Of a stretch of DNA of 64,000 nucleotides, positions 12,781 to 23,484 are shown in pieces. The translations under genes were made by a program, and so were the position numbers. The notes under the pieces were generated by a model. The model saw nothing but the letters and a program-made list of their open reading frames with translations, made no database searches and was not told the origin of the DNA. Position 1 is the stretch's first letter; each line of letters opens with the position of its first letter. Origin of the DNA: Podarcis gaigeae (Eukaryota); assembly GCA_964106915.2 (NCBI GenBank), contig OZ066920.1; one strand, 5' to 3'.

Positions 12781-15219
12781 TAAAAGAACTTATATCACAA
12801 CCCCCCCCCCTGTGTTAAATCAGTAATGATAAAGCCTGGTATAATTTAAATATGTTTCTTTTAATCTACACATTTGTCGCATTAATCACTTATGCTTGCC
12901 CTGCTTCACAATTTAATTTGTTATGAGAAACAGAACAATCTGTGCACATTTTTGTTGACACCTAGAAAGTGCTAGATTCAGTAGGCACAGTAAATATATC
13001 AAGTTGCCTTACACTGAGTCATACCTGTGATCCTGTCTTCACCAATGAGGGGGAACATTTTTTTCTGCTATGGTGCTGCAGTCCCTTGACAGTAATCTGT
13101 CAGGGGGTGCATGTGGGCAGGGGCATGGAGGGGTGAAATACAACAGTGGTCTGGTCTTACCTCTTTTCCCCAACTTCTCCCTTTCTCTCCTCACCCAGTG
13201 GACTGCTGGGAGAAGGTAAAGATCCTTCTTGCCAGAGGTCTGACAACTTTCAGAAGGTCTCATTACTCCTCCTCCCATCATTCCTCCATCTGCTTTGGTT
13301 CCTCAGGGCACTCTCCATGGGACTCCTTAAACTGCAAGGCATGAGGCATGTGAACCCAGAATTCTCACATGTTGCTTCCAACCATTTCATGTGTCATGTG
13401 CAAATTGAAAATAGTGGCCTTACTGGTGAGATAGGCTCTTTGTCATTTTATGGTGTAGGCAAAACCTGCACACCAGCCCTGGCAGGTTATGGGTACCAAC
13501 CCCTATGAACGGAAAACTCTATGGACAGCCTTCTCCCTGCAATACACATGCCCTTTATTCTGCACACCCTCTAGTGCAAAATTAAAATAAGTTAAGAATA
13601 AATGTGGAAGAGGTAGCAGAAATAGTATGAAGGTGGGGAGGATAATTTACACAAAATCACCTAGTAAAGGCATTCCTAAACTAGGCAGCAGATGCAGTAT
13701 AGCATTTATGAATATTTTGATGGAAGCTTCTTGCACATAAATAACAAAAATAATGAAGGAAAAGCTAGAAGGTTTTTTTACTTGATGTGTTAGTTTTCCA
13801 CATGCAAGGAAGTTGTTGCTGTTGATTTTTAATTGGAGTTAACGAAAAAACACACAGACCATACTTCCCCACCTGTCACTGTATAAACTAGGAAGGACTC
13901 TACCACATGAATTTACTAACTATGTTATCTGGCTAAAAGATGGGAAGAATACACAAGAAAACAGGTATTTTCAGGGGCACTGTTTAAAGCTTGCCGCAGC
14001 AGACACAACATACCAGGAAGTCAATTGACTCAGCACCTTTCAAATGGGATGCCAGCCAACTTGCGCAATGCCTTTTGCTGTCCAATAGAGGAACAAATAA
14101 GTTATCTTTCAGACAAGACCATTTGCATCCTTTCAAGACCACATGAATGGATCGCCTTCCCAGCAGCAAGTACATGTTCTATTCCTCCTCTATACTTTGT
14201 TCATTAGAATAAACTTGCTAACTCACTTTTGAGGCCTACCACAATTAGTCTCTCTAATTGGCTTATGGAGAGTGCTGCATGAATGTATCAGGCTTTTTAC
14301 TTAAATTGTTTGTTTTATTAAAGTCTTCATATGGATGACTGATCACAAGAGAAACGTGTTTTTCCAAGTCTGCTTATTAGGAAGAGAGGAGTGTAGAATA
14401 CTGATCAGATCATTCCCGAAACAGAGCGCTAGTGCCTGCCTCTTCCAAAGTATAAAGCTGGGATCAAGAGGGTATACATACACCAATTTTTTTCCATGCA
14501 TCATGGACAAAGCTAACCTTCTTACATGTTAAAAGCACTTTACTATTCCACTGACCTAGCTCAAATAGATTTCAATTAAATCACAGCTTTTTATTAAAGA
14601 CAACAGTAAGATGCATTTGACAATGTCGCCAGCTTAATCCAAAAGCAATCAAATGTTAAAATGGTAGCATAAAAATCTCGTAAAATTAGAAGGCCTGGGG
14701 GAAATAAAGTTAAGAAGCCTTTTAAGAAGACAAATGAAGGTGCCAGGCCTACATTCTTCAGGGGAAACTGGGGTGTCCCAAACAAGAAGGCCCAGTCGCT
14801 GTCTGATGATGGGATACTTGGTATTTGGTATCTGAAGGTATTTAATTTGGAAGTAGGTATCCCTTTCCAAGGTTGCGGACAACTTTTAAAGCAAGCCTCA
14901 GTGCGCGGAATTGTGTCTGAAATTGGCCTGCGAGTTAGTGTAGCTCTTTAAGCATCACTGAAATGTCTTCTCAATGACTAGACCCTGAAGCTAATTGCAG
15001 TTTGAGAGCAGTCTTCAAAGGTAGTCCCTCATATAACTTACAGCTTAGAAAACTCCTTAACAGTTTTCTGTAGCAATTAATACCTTAATCATTTCTAGAC
15101 CGGAGTATTGGAATGCTCTCTCTCTTTGGGGCTGCTTCTGAATAGCCTGGAAACTGCAACAGGTAAAAAATGTGGCTGCTGGGGGATTGACTGCTGCAGG
15201 GCAAATAAAGCATATAACA

Positions 15220-15320
15220 AGGGTTGCCATATGTCCAGAATTCCCCGAACGTAGCTGGGATTCGGTTGTCAGAAACGGGGATTCAGTTGCCAGAAAAATC
15301 TGGACGTATAGATTTTGCAG
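15220..15320 (+). mobile_element. Left end of a hAT (Tip100/Blackjack-like) non-autonomous element
   Basis: Starts AGGGTTGCCATATGTCC, a typical terminus. No matching right TIR is present. Confidence 0.5.
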
Positions 15321-15441
15321 ATTTTAAAAAGGACACATTCTACTCATGTAAAAACACGTTGATTCCTGGACCGTCTGCGGGCTGGATTTAGAAGGCGATT
15401 GGGCCAGATCCGGCCCCCGGGCCTTAGTTTGCCTACCCATG
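15321..15441 (+). mobile_element. Right half of the hAT MITE family seen full-length at 62958-63280
   Basis: CACATTCTACTCATGTAAAAACAC...GAAGGCGATTGGGCC.GATCCGGCCCC.GGGCCTTAG.TTGCCTACCC aligns with 63165-63280. Confidence 0.85.
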
Positions 15442-16679
15442 CTTTAAGTCCTAAATGGTCTAGAGACGCAGGATATCTGAAAGAACACCTACCACCCTAT
15501 GATACTAATCACATGGTGAAATCTTAATTGGATACCTGGCTTAGTGTGTACCCACTGTTTAAAGTGTGGCTGGTGGTAATGTGAGACAGGGCCTTCTTTG
15601 TGGTGATGCTGAAGCTGTGATATTCCTTCCCTATGGAAGTTCTGAGTAGATGTGCATAGGATTGATTTGTTTGGAACAAGCCCTATAAATGGACCCACAA
15701 GATGAATTAGACCATGATAAAGAAAGCAAGAGGCCAAGTAAGTGCCAAACTTACAGTTTATAGCAGGAAGAGACTAAAACGATCCTTTACTGTCCTGTGC
15801 CATATTTATTAAAGGTGTTTTTGCTATCCATACCAATTTTATTTAATTTTTTTATCTGAGATTGCTACTGGTAGCAAAAAGCCCTGGAAACTTATACATA
15901 AATACATTCATTAAAATATGCCCTTTGCACTGGGCTGCCTGATGCTATATACAAGCTAAACACACACACACAATATGATACAGCAGGGTTTCCTACAGCA
16001 TTAGAGAAAGGCGGAGGGGTATGACCTTAGAATACCTTGGAGACATGTTGAGCAAGTTTTCTATAAACCAGGCTTATTGTCCTGAGGTAACACTGGCTGG
16101 AAACCCAAGCTGTAGTCTCCCAACGACTACTTAGCAACCAGCAAGAGGTATTTTCTGTCCAGCTTGTAATTTAGATAAATGCTCTTTTTATTGCTGCTTT
16201 TTAAAAGGCAATGTAATCCTTATTTTCCCAAGAAAAAGCCTGCCTCTAGAATGTGGCCCTTTTGAGTATTCCCCTTCTAGGAAAAGCGCATCCTTCTCAG
16301 ACGATTTTCTCTCTCCTCCTCCAGTCAAATAAGACCCATTCTCTGCATGGGCCACGGTGTGATCCTATGCATGCTTCGTTGCAACTGGAGAGATGAGGGA
16401 TGGGGGCTCAGGCTGCATGGCAACCCCATGGCAACTCCTTACCAACGTCCCCCACCCCACCCCACCCCATTATGAACTTTTCCACTTTTTCCTCAGTTCC
16501 TCCATATGCTATCGATGATTCTTAGGTTGCATTTCCTGCCCTTGACCTCCTCATCCGCGCCGGCCTGGCCTCCTCTTTTTTCCATAGCCGTCCAATCGAA
16601 CAGCCCACAACTCCCTCACCCTCTTCTGTCTCCAGCATCCCCTTTACTTAAACCGCATGGACGCAGTACTAAATATAAA

Positions 16680-16808
16680 NNNNNNNNNNNNNNNNNNNNN
16701 NNNNNNNNNNNNNNNNNNNNNNNNNNNNNNNNNNNNNNNNNNNNNNNNNNNNNNNNNNNNNNNNNNNNNNNNNNNNNNNNNNNNNNNNNNNNNNNNNNNN
16801 NNNNNNNN
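16680..16808. other. Assembly gap (129 N)
   Basis: Run of N at the upstream edge of the CpG island. Confidence 1.
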
Positions 16809-16819
16809 TGTATATTAAC

Positions 16820-17750
16820 CAGGCAGCCCCGTCTCCCCCTTGGCTGACGCCTCCTCGCCGAAGCCACGACCTCGCTGCCAGCGCAGCCGGACTCGTCACG
16901 GCGCCGCACGCGCGCAAGAGCCGCCTCCGCTTGCGCCCAGGCTTGGCACCGAAAGGGGGCGGGGCGGGAGGTGAAAGAAAGGTGCCTCGAGGACAATCCC
17001 TCTCCCGGCGCCCAATCAGGCCATCCCTGCCGCAGCTGCGCGCGCCGCCCAGCCTGGGACTTGTAGTTTCTCCCTGCAATTATTGTAGCCATTTTGTGGT
17101 GAGGGGACTACAACTTTTCCGGAGACCAAGGGCGATTCGAACGCACCCGTGCGCCGAGCTGCTGCTGTTGCTGCTGCTTCTCCTGCTTCTCCCCCTCCTC
17201 TTTCTCCTTCTCCCTCTCCTCCTCCTCCTCCTCCTCCTTGCTTCCTCCCCTCCCGGGCACGCGAGGCAGAGCCCCCCCCCCCCAGGACCGCGACCCGGGC
17301 CCTTTGCGCACGGAGAGCGGGAGATGTAGCCGGGCGAGGAGGTCGCGTTTGCTCGCCAGGCGAAGGGGGAGGGAGGGCAAGGGAGGACAATTAAAGAGCT
17401 TTGCAGACACAGAAAGGAGAAGAGCTGGCGGCGGAGCGTGTCGCGGGCGCAGGGATTGTCCTCAAATTCTGCACCGGGATTCCTCGCCCCGGCGGCGTCA
17501 GCTGCGCTCGGCGCCTTCGGCTGGAGAGCGGCCCCCGGGCGGGTGAGGGCGGAAGGACGACCGGGGCACGGCTGTCCAGCGGCACGGCACGGCTGGGCTT
17601 GCAGCTGCGGGGATGCAGCCGGAGTGATCTCTTTGCGGCTGGGACCACGTTAAGAATTGAGGCGAAGCCCTAACCCTTCTCTCTCCTCTCTCTCTCTGCC
17701 GCCCCCTCTCCCTCATCCCCTCCCGCCCCCCCCTCACTCCGGTCTGCCTG
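16820..17750. promoter_or_regulatory. JARID2: CpG island / JARID2 upstream promoter
   Basis: High GC and CpG density against a CpG-depleted background. Contains GC boxes (16955-16970), CCAAT (17012-17016), a ZNF143/THAP11-type motif CTGGGACTTGTAGTTT (17054-17069), YY1-type GCCATTTTG (17088-17096) and a second GACTACAAC motif (~17106-17114). Confidence 0.85.
17158..17255. repeat. (CTG)n then (CCT)n / polypyrimidine low-complexity tract
   Basis: Directly visible. Source of the poly-L, poly-E and poly-P spurious ORFs. Confidence 0.9.
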
Positions 17751-18340
17751 CCTGCCTGCCTGTCTATCTATATACATATTATAATATTTTTAAAAAATCG
17801 GGCCATTTAAAGTTGCTGCTGGAGAGCTAGCTGCTCTCATTGGTGGGGCGGAGGGGGAAACTGAAGAAGCAGACTCCTACGGGGTGTGTGTGCGTGCGTG
17901 TGTGTGAGTGCAGCCTTCAGTGCTGCTGGAGTTGTCTGTGCTGCAGCAGTAGAAACGTGACTTCCAACATTAAAAAAAATACCTTCCCCTTTCAAATCTT
18001 TTCTCTGCTCTTCAAGATGTAAACTACGCCTCGGACACTACGGGCCTACGGATCGCTTTGGTGGCCTGGGAAAAAGAAAAAGAGGACATCAAGGGCGGTT
18101 TTGTGTGTCTGTAGGGTGTAAAATTTACATTATGAATCTCTAAAGTGATTTTTCTTTTTTGGTGGTTTGCTCTACATTTGTATTTTTTCTTCTTTTTTGA
18201 CCCCGCCACCCAACATATTGGATTTATTGCAAGGAGGATTGTATTGTGTGCGAAGAAAATCGGATTACAAGAAACCACTACAAACAAGAAACAAAAAAAA
18301 GGGATTTTTTTTCCTGCAAATTGGTTGCGGCTTTTAATTC

Positions 18341-18388
18341 ATGAAGCAATTTCCCCCATTTGCAATCAGAATCTGGATATCAGAATGA
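18341..18388 (+). other. uORF MKQFPPFAIRIWISE* whose TGA overlaps the JARID2 ATG (ATGA)
   Basis: ATG at 18341, 15 sense codons, TGA at 18386-18388. The main ATG is 18385-18387. Translation is not demonstrated. Confidence 0.6.
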
Positions 18389-18429
18389 GCAAAGAAAGAC
18401 CCAAGAGGAATATAATTCAAAAGAAATAC
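18385..18429 (+). CDS. JARID2: JARID2 (Jumonji) coding exon 1, MSKERPKRNIIQKKY (partial CDS; phase-0 intron follows)
   Basis: The peptide matches the vertebrate JARID2 N-terminus as I recall it. The 45-nt coding part ends at a consensus donor TAC|GTAAGT (18430-18435) and lies just downstream of a CpG island. Confidence 0.96.
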
Positions 18430-20019
18430 GTAAGTGGTTATACCGGATCATTTATCTCTTTGATTTTTTTGGAAATGTTCATGAATGTCAAGTTTACAGC
18501 TAGCGGTGGCTTTAAAGAATATCTAGAAATGTTGGCTTTTCGTCCGCTGGGAATGGGGGGGGGGCGGGAATTCTCAAAAGCCTCTTTTAACTGTAAAGCG
18601 GGTTTAAAAACGAGATTCGTGTAGCGATACCTCAAGTGAATAAATGTATTGACCTCAAATGACACAATCATAATCTAGTTTTAGAAGATGAAAGACACGG
18701 TGCTTGGGGGGCTGCTGCGATAATGCAACTAAACTGCTTTCTCAAGCGGATTTACTAATATTTCACTTTGCATGCAAATGATCACATTATTATAACATAT
18801 ATTTAGGGGTTTGAGAAGGCATTGTGGTTGTTCGGCGAGACTGTTAACTTGAAATCTAATACCTGGTTATGGCGTGCTTGCTTCTTCTACTCCCCCATCA
18901 AATCTCGTGTATGTGATCGTTGGCTTATCTAGCTTGCAATAGAACCAAGCCAGTTGGGGATCCTGTTACAAGGAATGTATTTGCAAGGCCTGACTTTAAT
19001 ATTCGGGGAAATGGTTTGGAGTTTTGTTAATTTGGTGTGGGCTCACGGAGAAATTGGTTTACCGTTCAGAAAGATGCTTTGAAATTTGAAGAGCCAACGA
19101 TCTAGCTAATGGTGTGTGCCTTCGTATCGTGTAGTCAGTCACGGGATAACCTTTTCCAATTGTAGAAATGTGTAGAAATTGCTGAGGCCGTGCCTTTTTT
19201 TCTTGGCTCTAGCCATGGTTTGATTGGGATGGGGGAGTTATTTTCAGTTTGCAGCAACAGAGTGGATTAGTCAGATGTGCAGGCAGTCCTAATGGTGGTT
19301 TAAAAACAAAAACAAATGCAGCTTTTGCTATGGTTAGAATACCTTTCTTGAATATAAGTGGCTCAAGATGACAAAAAGTTGCTTACAGTATAGTGTGTTT
19401 GTCGTTTGTAAGCAGAACATTTGTTATGGGGCGCCTGTGTCCTGATGGTGGGGGTATTCTTCTGACTTCCCCATTGATTTTAATAAATACTTCATAAAGT
19501 CACAGTAGACTTCGACAGAGTTTTTCCTCCTATTTTTGACGTCTGGAAATGTATTTTTTTGAGAAACGTGACTCCAGATAACAATGGGTAACTTTTAAGA
19601 AAATTCGCCAACGAACTTGCGAATTAGAAATACATCCGCATTGCAGAGGAACTGAGAATCTGAAGCAAAAGTATTTTTGTCCAAAAGGGATTGTTTCTGT
19701 AGGAAGCCCCCTGATGAACACGCGACTTGTGACTTATGCCTTGCGCACGTTTCCAGTGCAGCGAAACAAAGCAGGAAAAGGGGTGGGGAATTCGCGGCGT
19801 GTTTTCCTTTTTCCAAGCCAAAATCTGTTTTTAGATACTCTTACGTCTGCACGACTGAACAATGCAACTCTATCGCGTTCATGAGGCTTGCTGTGGAAAA
19901 AGAAGAGAAGTGATGCCACTCCTCTCTCTCCAGGACCTGTTTGGAAAGACACGCTATACTGGAAAAGCCAGACAGCGTTTCGTGTGTTCACACAAGTTTC
20001 AGGATTGTCATGTTACGAG

Positions 20020-20560
20020 AGGGGGGGCGGCGGAGGGAGAGAGAGAGAGAAGAGGGCAGGCTGGTGGGGAAAGCGAGACCCGGGAGGCTCTTTTGGCCAT
20101 GGCAGTGAATCGCGGCCGCAGACAGCAGGCATGGCTGCTGTTGCTCCGGCCCTCGGCGGCGCGTGCTGCTCCTGGTTGCATCCGTCCTCTCTCCGGCGGC
20201 AGCAACAGGTTAAGCGGGATGTCAGCGCGAGCCCCCGGGTTTCCGGCCACTCAGCTCAGCCCAGCCGGGGCCAGGTTCTTGTTGTGCTCGTGACGTCACA
20301 AAAGGAAGGGCCTGGGCTCGCCGAAAAAAATCTCCCGTCTCCTCAGCGTCCCGAATGCCCCGCCCACCGGTCTGACGTCATGCGCGAGACCCGGTGCGGG
20401 CGGACGGATGAGGGAAAGCGGGCTGCTGAGGGGACGGGCCGCTTTGCCGGGGGCGGCGGGGGCGGCAGCAGCAGCGAAGGGCGGCTGCGGAGCCCATGGT
20501 GCCACCGCTGGCTTAGGCCTCCCTGGCGAGGTGAGCAGGTGTAGCAAGTATTCACATACC
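20020..20560. promoter_or_regulatory. Intronic CpG island, candidate alternative promoter with two CRE palindromes
   Basis: GC/CpG-rich. TGACGTCA at 20291-20298 and 20373-20380, GC box CCCCGCCC (20358-20365), donor-like GAG|GTGAGC at 20530/20531. Confidence 0.75.
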
Positions 20561-21980
20561 TCTGACGTGTCCCTCCGCCTCACCTGCCTACCAGGCTGTC
20601 TGAACTGGGCAGTTATTCTGCTTCCTCCTTGCAGACTTTCTGGTGAAGGGAGGATGGCTGGCCCCATTTCCGTTTGCACAGATGCTGTGAAGAAAGCCCA
20701 CTCTCCTTTCTCAAAAGTAAGGTGTTTGCACCTTCTGCTATCACATAAATAGCATGTAGTGGCAGAAGCTGATTCTTCCTTCTGAGTTATGGGCCTGCTG
20801 GAATTTTTTGGGTGCGCAATCCTACCATTTTTATTAGGTGCCCCCCGGGGCTGATTGAAGTGCCAGTTCACCTGGCTGGCTTTCAACCTCCCATCTCAGT
20901 CAGCCTTTTCCTGTGGCCTTCTTGTCCCAAACACTTAACATTGAGTCCTTCCGTTGCTAGGCCACTGAAAGGGAGAAATTCATGGAGGACTGTATGCCAA
21001 ACAGAATGCTTGAAAAGCATTATGAAAGACTGCTAAAATGTTTTGCCCACATCCACTCCACAGTTCAAGAATTCTAAAAACACATGTAACTCATTTGCAT
21101 CACTGTCTCGAACATCATAATATTCCTGTGTAACCAGTGTGTGGATTGTGTCTAGTCATTTAGTTGATCTTTCAGTGGGAGAAATCACTGATGAGGAATT
21201 CCAGTATAGAATTAATGTATTTCAGCTTGAACAATGGTCCACCTAGTGTCTATATTGCCTCTGTTACTGGCTGGCTCATGACATTTTACACAGTAAGTAT
21301 AGATTTGAAGTGGAAGTTTAATGTATCAGTGACTCAAATTCTGTAAGGCTAGATAGTGCTGGAACTCACCAGAGCTATTTTGTCAAATGAAAATGTTTCC
21401 TGCTGATGCAGAAATTAGAAAGTACCGTATAGCTGTGTACTGTATAGAGATTGTCACCATTCATCAAGAGCCTTTTGAAAAATGCTGTATAGTGATCCCC
21501 CCACCCTTAGCATGTATTTTAAATGTGAATACAGGCATCAACAAAGATGCTTCTCACATGATTTGCTGGTTTTACAATGGCAATAAGCAGTATGTTTCAA
21601 TTTGTAGTGCATTAATAGATTTGTAATTACCCATAAACACAATACATGGGTGTATTTCACTTTTGTTATTTTTTCTGTCAAATTTCTCTTGAATTAATTA
21701 GCTATATTAATTAGTTCATTATGGTGGTCTGCTGTGCTCTATTTCCTAAGTATTTTCCCACATGAAGTAGTCTAATTTTGGCTTAAACTTGAGGGAACCA
21801 ATATCCTCGCTTGCATACAGAGAACTTTGTAGTTCTTCAACAATATTGAAGTTCTAAACCTGACTTTCATAGATGCCAATTCCTGTATTGTTCTTGAAGG
21901 TGATTAACCAACTGTTTTAAATTCACCATAGTACCTACAGCTGAAGAAAGCATCTTCTCTCACCTGCTCTGGGAAGTCAG

Positions 21981-22182
21981 CACATTGTAGTGAAGAAGGC
22001 ACTGGACTCTTCCCTGGGAGGCCTCTGTTCAAATGACAGTTCAGCCATGAAGCTCACTATGCAACTTTAGGTTGCAATATATCAGTCAAACCTACTTCAC
22101 GAAGTTGTGGATTTGGAGGAGAGCTGTGAGCTCCTTGGATGAAAGACAAGCTTACTGATGTTTTAAAAATAATTAATAAATT
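21981..22182 (+). mobile_element. Old MIR/Squam3-like SINE
   Basis: GTTCAAAT...CAGCCATGAAGCTCACT...AACCTACTTCAC..AGTTGTG...GAGCTCCTTGGATGAAAG followed by an A-rich tail. Confidence 0.55.
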
Positions 22183-23484
22183 AAAATGCACACAGTTGGC
22201 TGATCCTATGAGCCATTGTGCCAGCAAATATGTAATATTAGTGCTGTAACTCAATGGATGTAGCCATTAGAGTTGTTGCAGGGCTATGTATGTTACAAAT
22301 GGGATGCAGGTACAGAGGACTCATTTTAAAATTATGTCTGCGGCAGAATTTGAAGCCATGGTCCGCTAAACGGAACATGTTCTTGTATTGTATGATAGTT
22401 TCTTGCCTCTGCAGAGGTGGTTGTGGAGGATCCATCTGTGTACAGTGATGGTCAAATCCTGAGTATCTGGGGTTTATGACACTGTTCAGGTTCAGTAGAG
22501 TTCTTAAAATATTTTATAAATCTTGTTAATTTAATGTGGTGTTATTTAATGGCATGGGAGCAGAAGACGTTTCCCATGAGAGTAGCATGTCTTGTAGAAT
22601 GTTAAAGCACTAAAGAAATGTACTGGAATGTGCTTTGAATTTAGCCTAGAAGAGTGGAATTCATCTCTTGTTGGCACTTGAGCTACTCCTGCTAAGTGAG
22701 ATCAAGGTTATTTTCCTTATTGTGGTGGCATCCATTGAGGAAGGAGAATTGTTCAGTCTTTGGCTACTGAATGTTATTTATGTCCGTTTATGAGGACTAA
22801 GCTGTCTTTTTTATTGTTTGGAAACTAAGCCTAGTGTTTCACCATTTGAAGGGGCTGGACTTCTGAGAATATACCCATGCTCCAGGGCTTGTACTGTATT
22901 CTAGTAGCATTCCTGGTACAAATTGATGTGCTTAGCAAATCCCTAAATAGCTTGAGCCATACATAACTTGTAACTACTTATTATATCCTATTGCAATTCC
23001 TAAGATTGCCAGGAGTATTTTCTTTAGTATACCATCATTGCCTTGGGCTTGAACATCAAAGACAGCCTTCTCCAACTTGGTGTAGTGGCTGGAGTGGTGG
23101 ATTTAGCCTGAGTTCAAATCCTCATTCAGCTGTGGCATTTGATAATCACTCTTTCTCAGCATCATTCTCCTCCTCTGTGTAATGGAAATAACAAAAGCCT
23201 AAAAGAGATCTGCACATCCAACATAGATCTTCCCATTTATTTATGTAGAGTAGTCCTTCCAAAGATGCTCGCTGCTTCACTTTTGACTTTTACAAAATCA
23301 TTTCTGGTGCAAATGTGGGACAGGGTGCCGTATCCATATCTAAGTAGTAGAGAATTCTCCAGATTGGGAAGTGACCATACTAAGTTCTAGTTCAGTGGTT
23401 TTCAGCTATGTTTCAGAGGCTTATTGGGGGTTCAGGGTTCCTCAATAAGCAAATATGAATTGGTAAACTCGGGGGGGGGGGCAA

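Larger units (their letters stand above)
15050..15645 (+). mobile_element. Decayed L2-clade LINE ORF2 C-terminus, interrupted by DNA-transposon pieces
   Basis: Manual translation gives LIISRPEYWNAL (from 15085), KLQQVKNVAAGGLT...HIT (from 15151), then after 15441 GYLKEHLPPY and DRAFFVVMLKL*YSFP. These match the L2 motifs SRLDYCN / KLQLVQNAAARL..EHITP / RAFSVVAPRLWNSLP. Confidence 0.75.

Noticed and set aside
16506-17737. Many overlapping Pro/Arg/Gly/Leu-rich ORFs on both strands
   Set aside because: Expected from a stop-poor CpG island with CTG/CCT repeats. Several span the N gap, and none has a recognisable domain.
18145-18624. 159-aa ORF containing MSKERPKRNIIQKKY as a complete protein
   Set aside because: Only 18385-18429 is JARID2 coding. 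The upstream part is 5' UTR read from a GTG, and the downstream part reads through the GTAAGT donor into the intron.
19862-20886. Long ORFs (143-218 aa) over the intronic CpG island
   Set aside because: GC-rich stop depletion with no homology recognised. Only the 20408-20530 segment is kept as a hypothesis.
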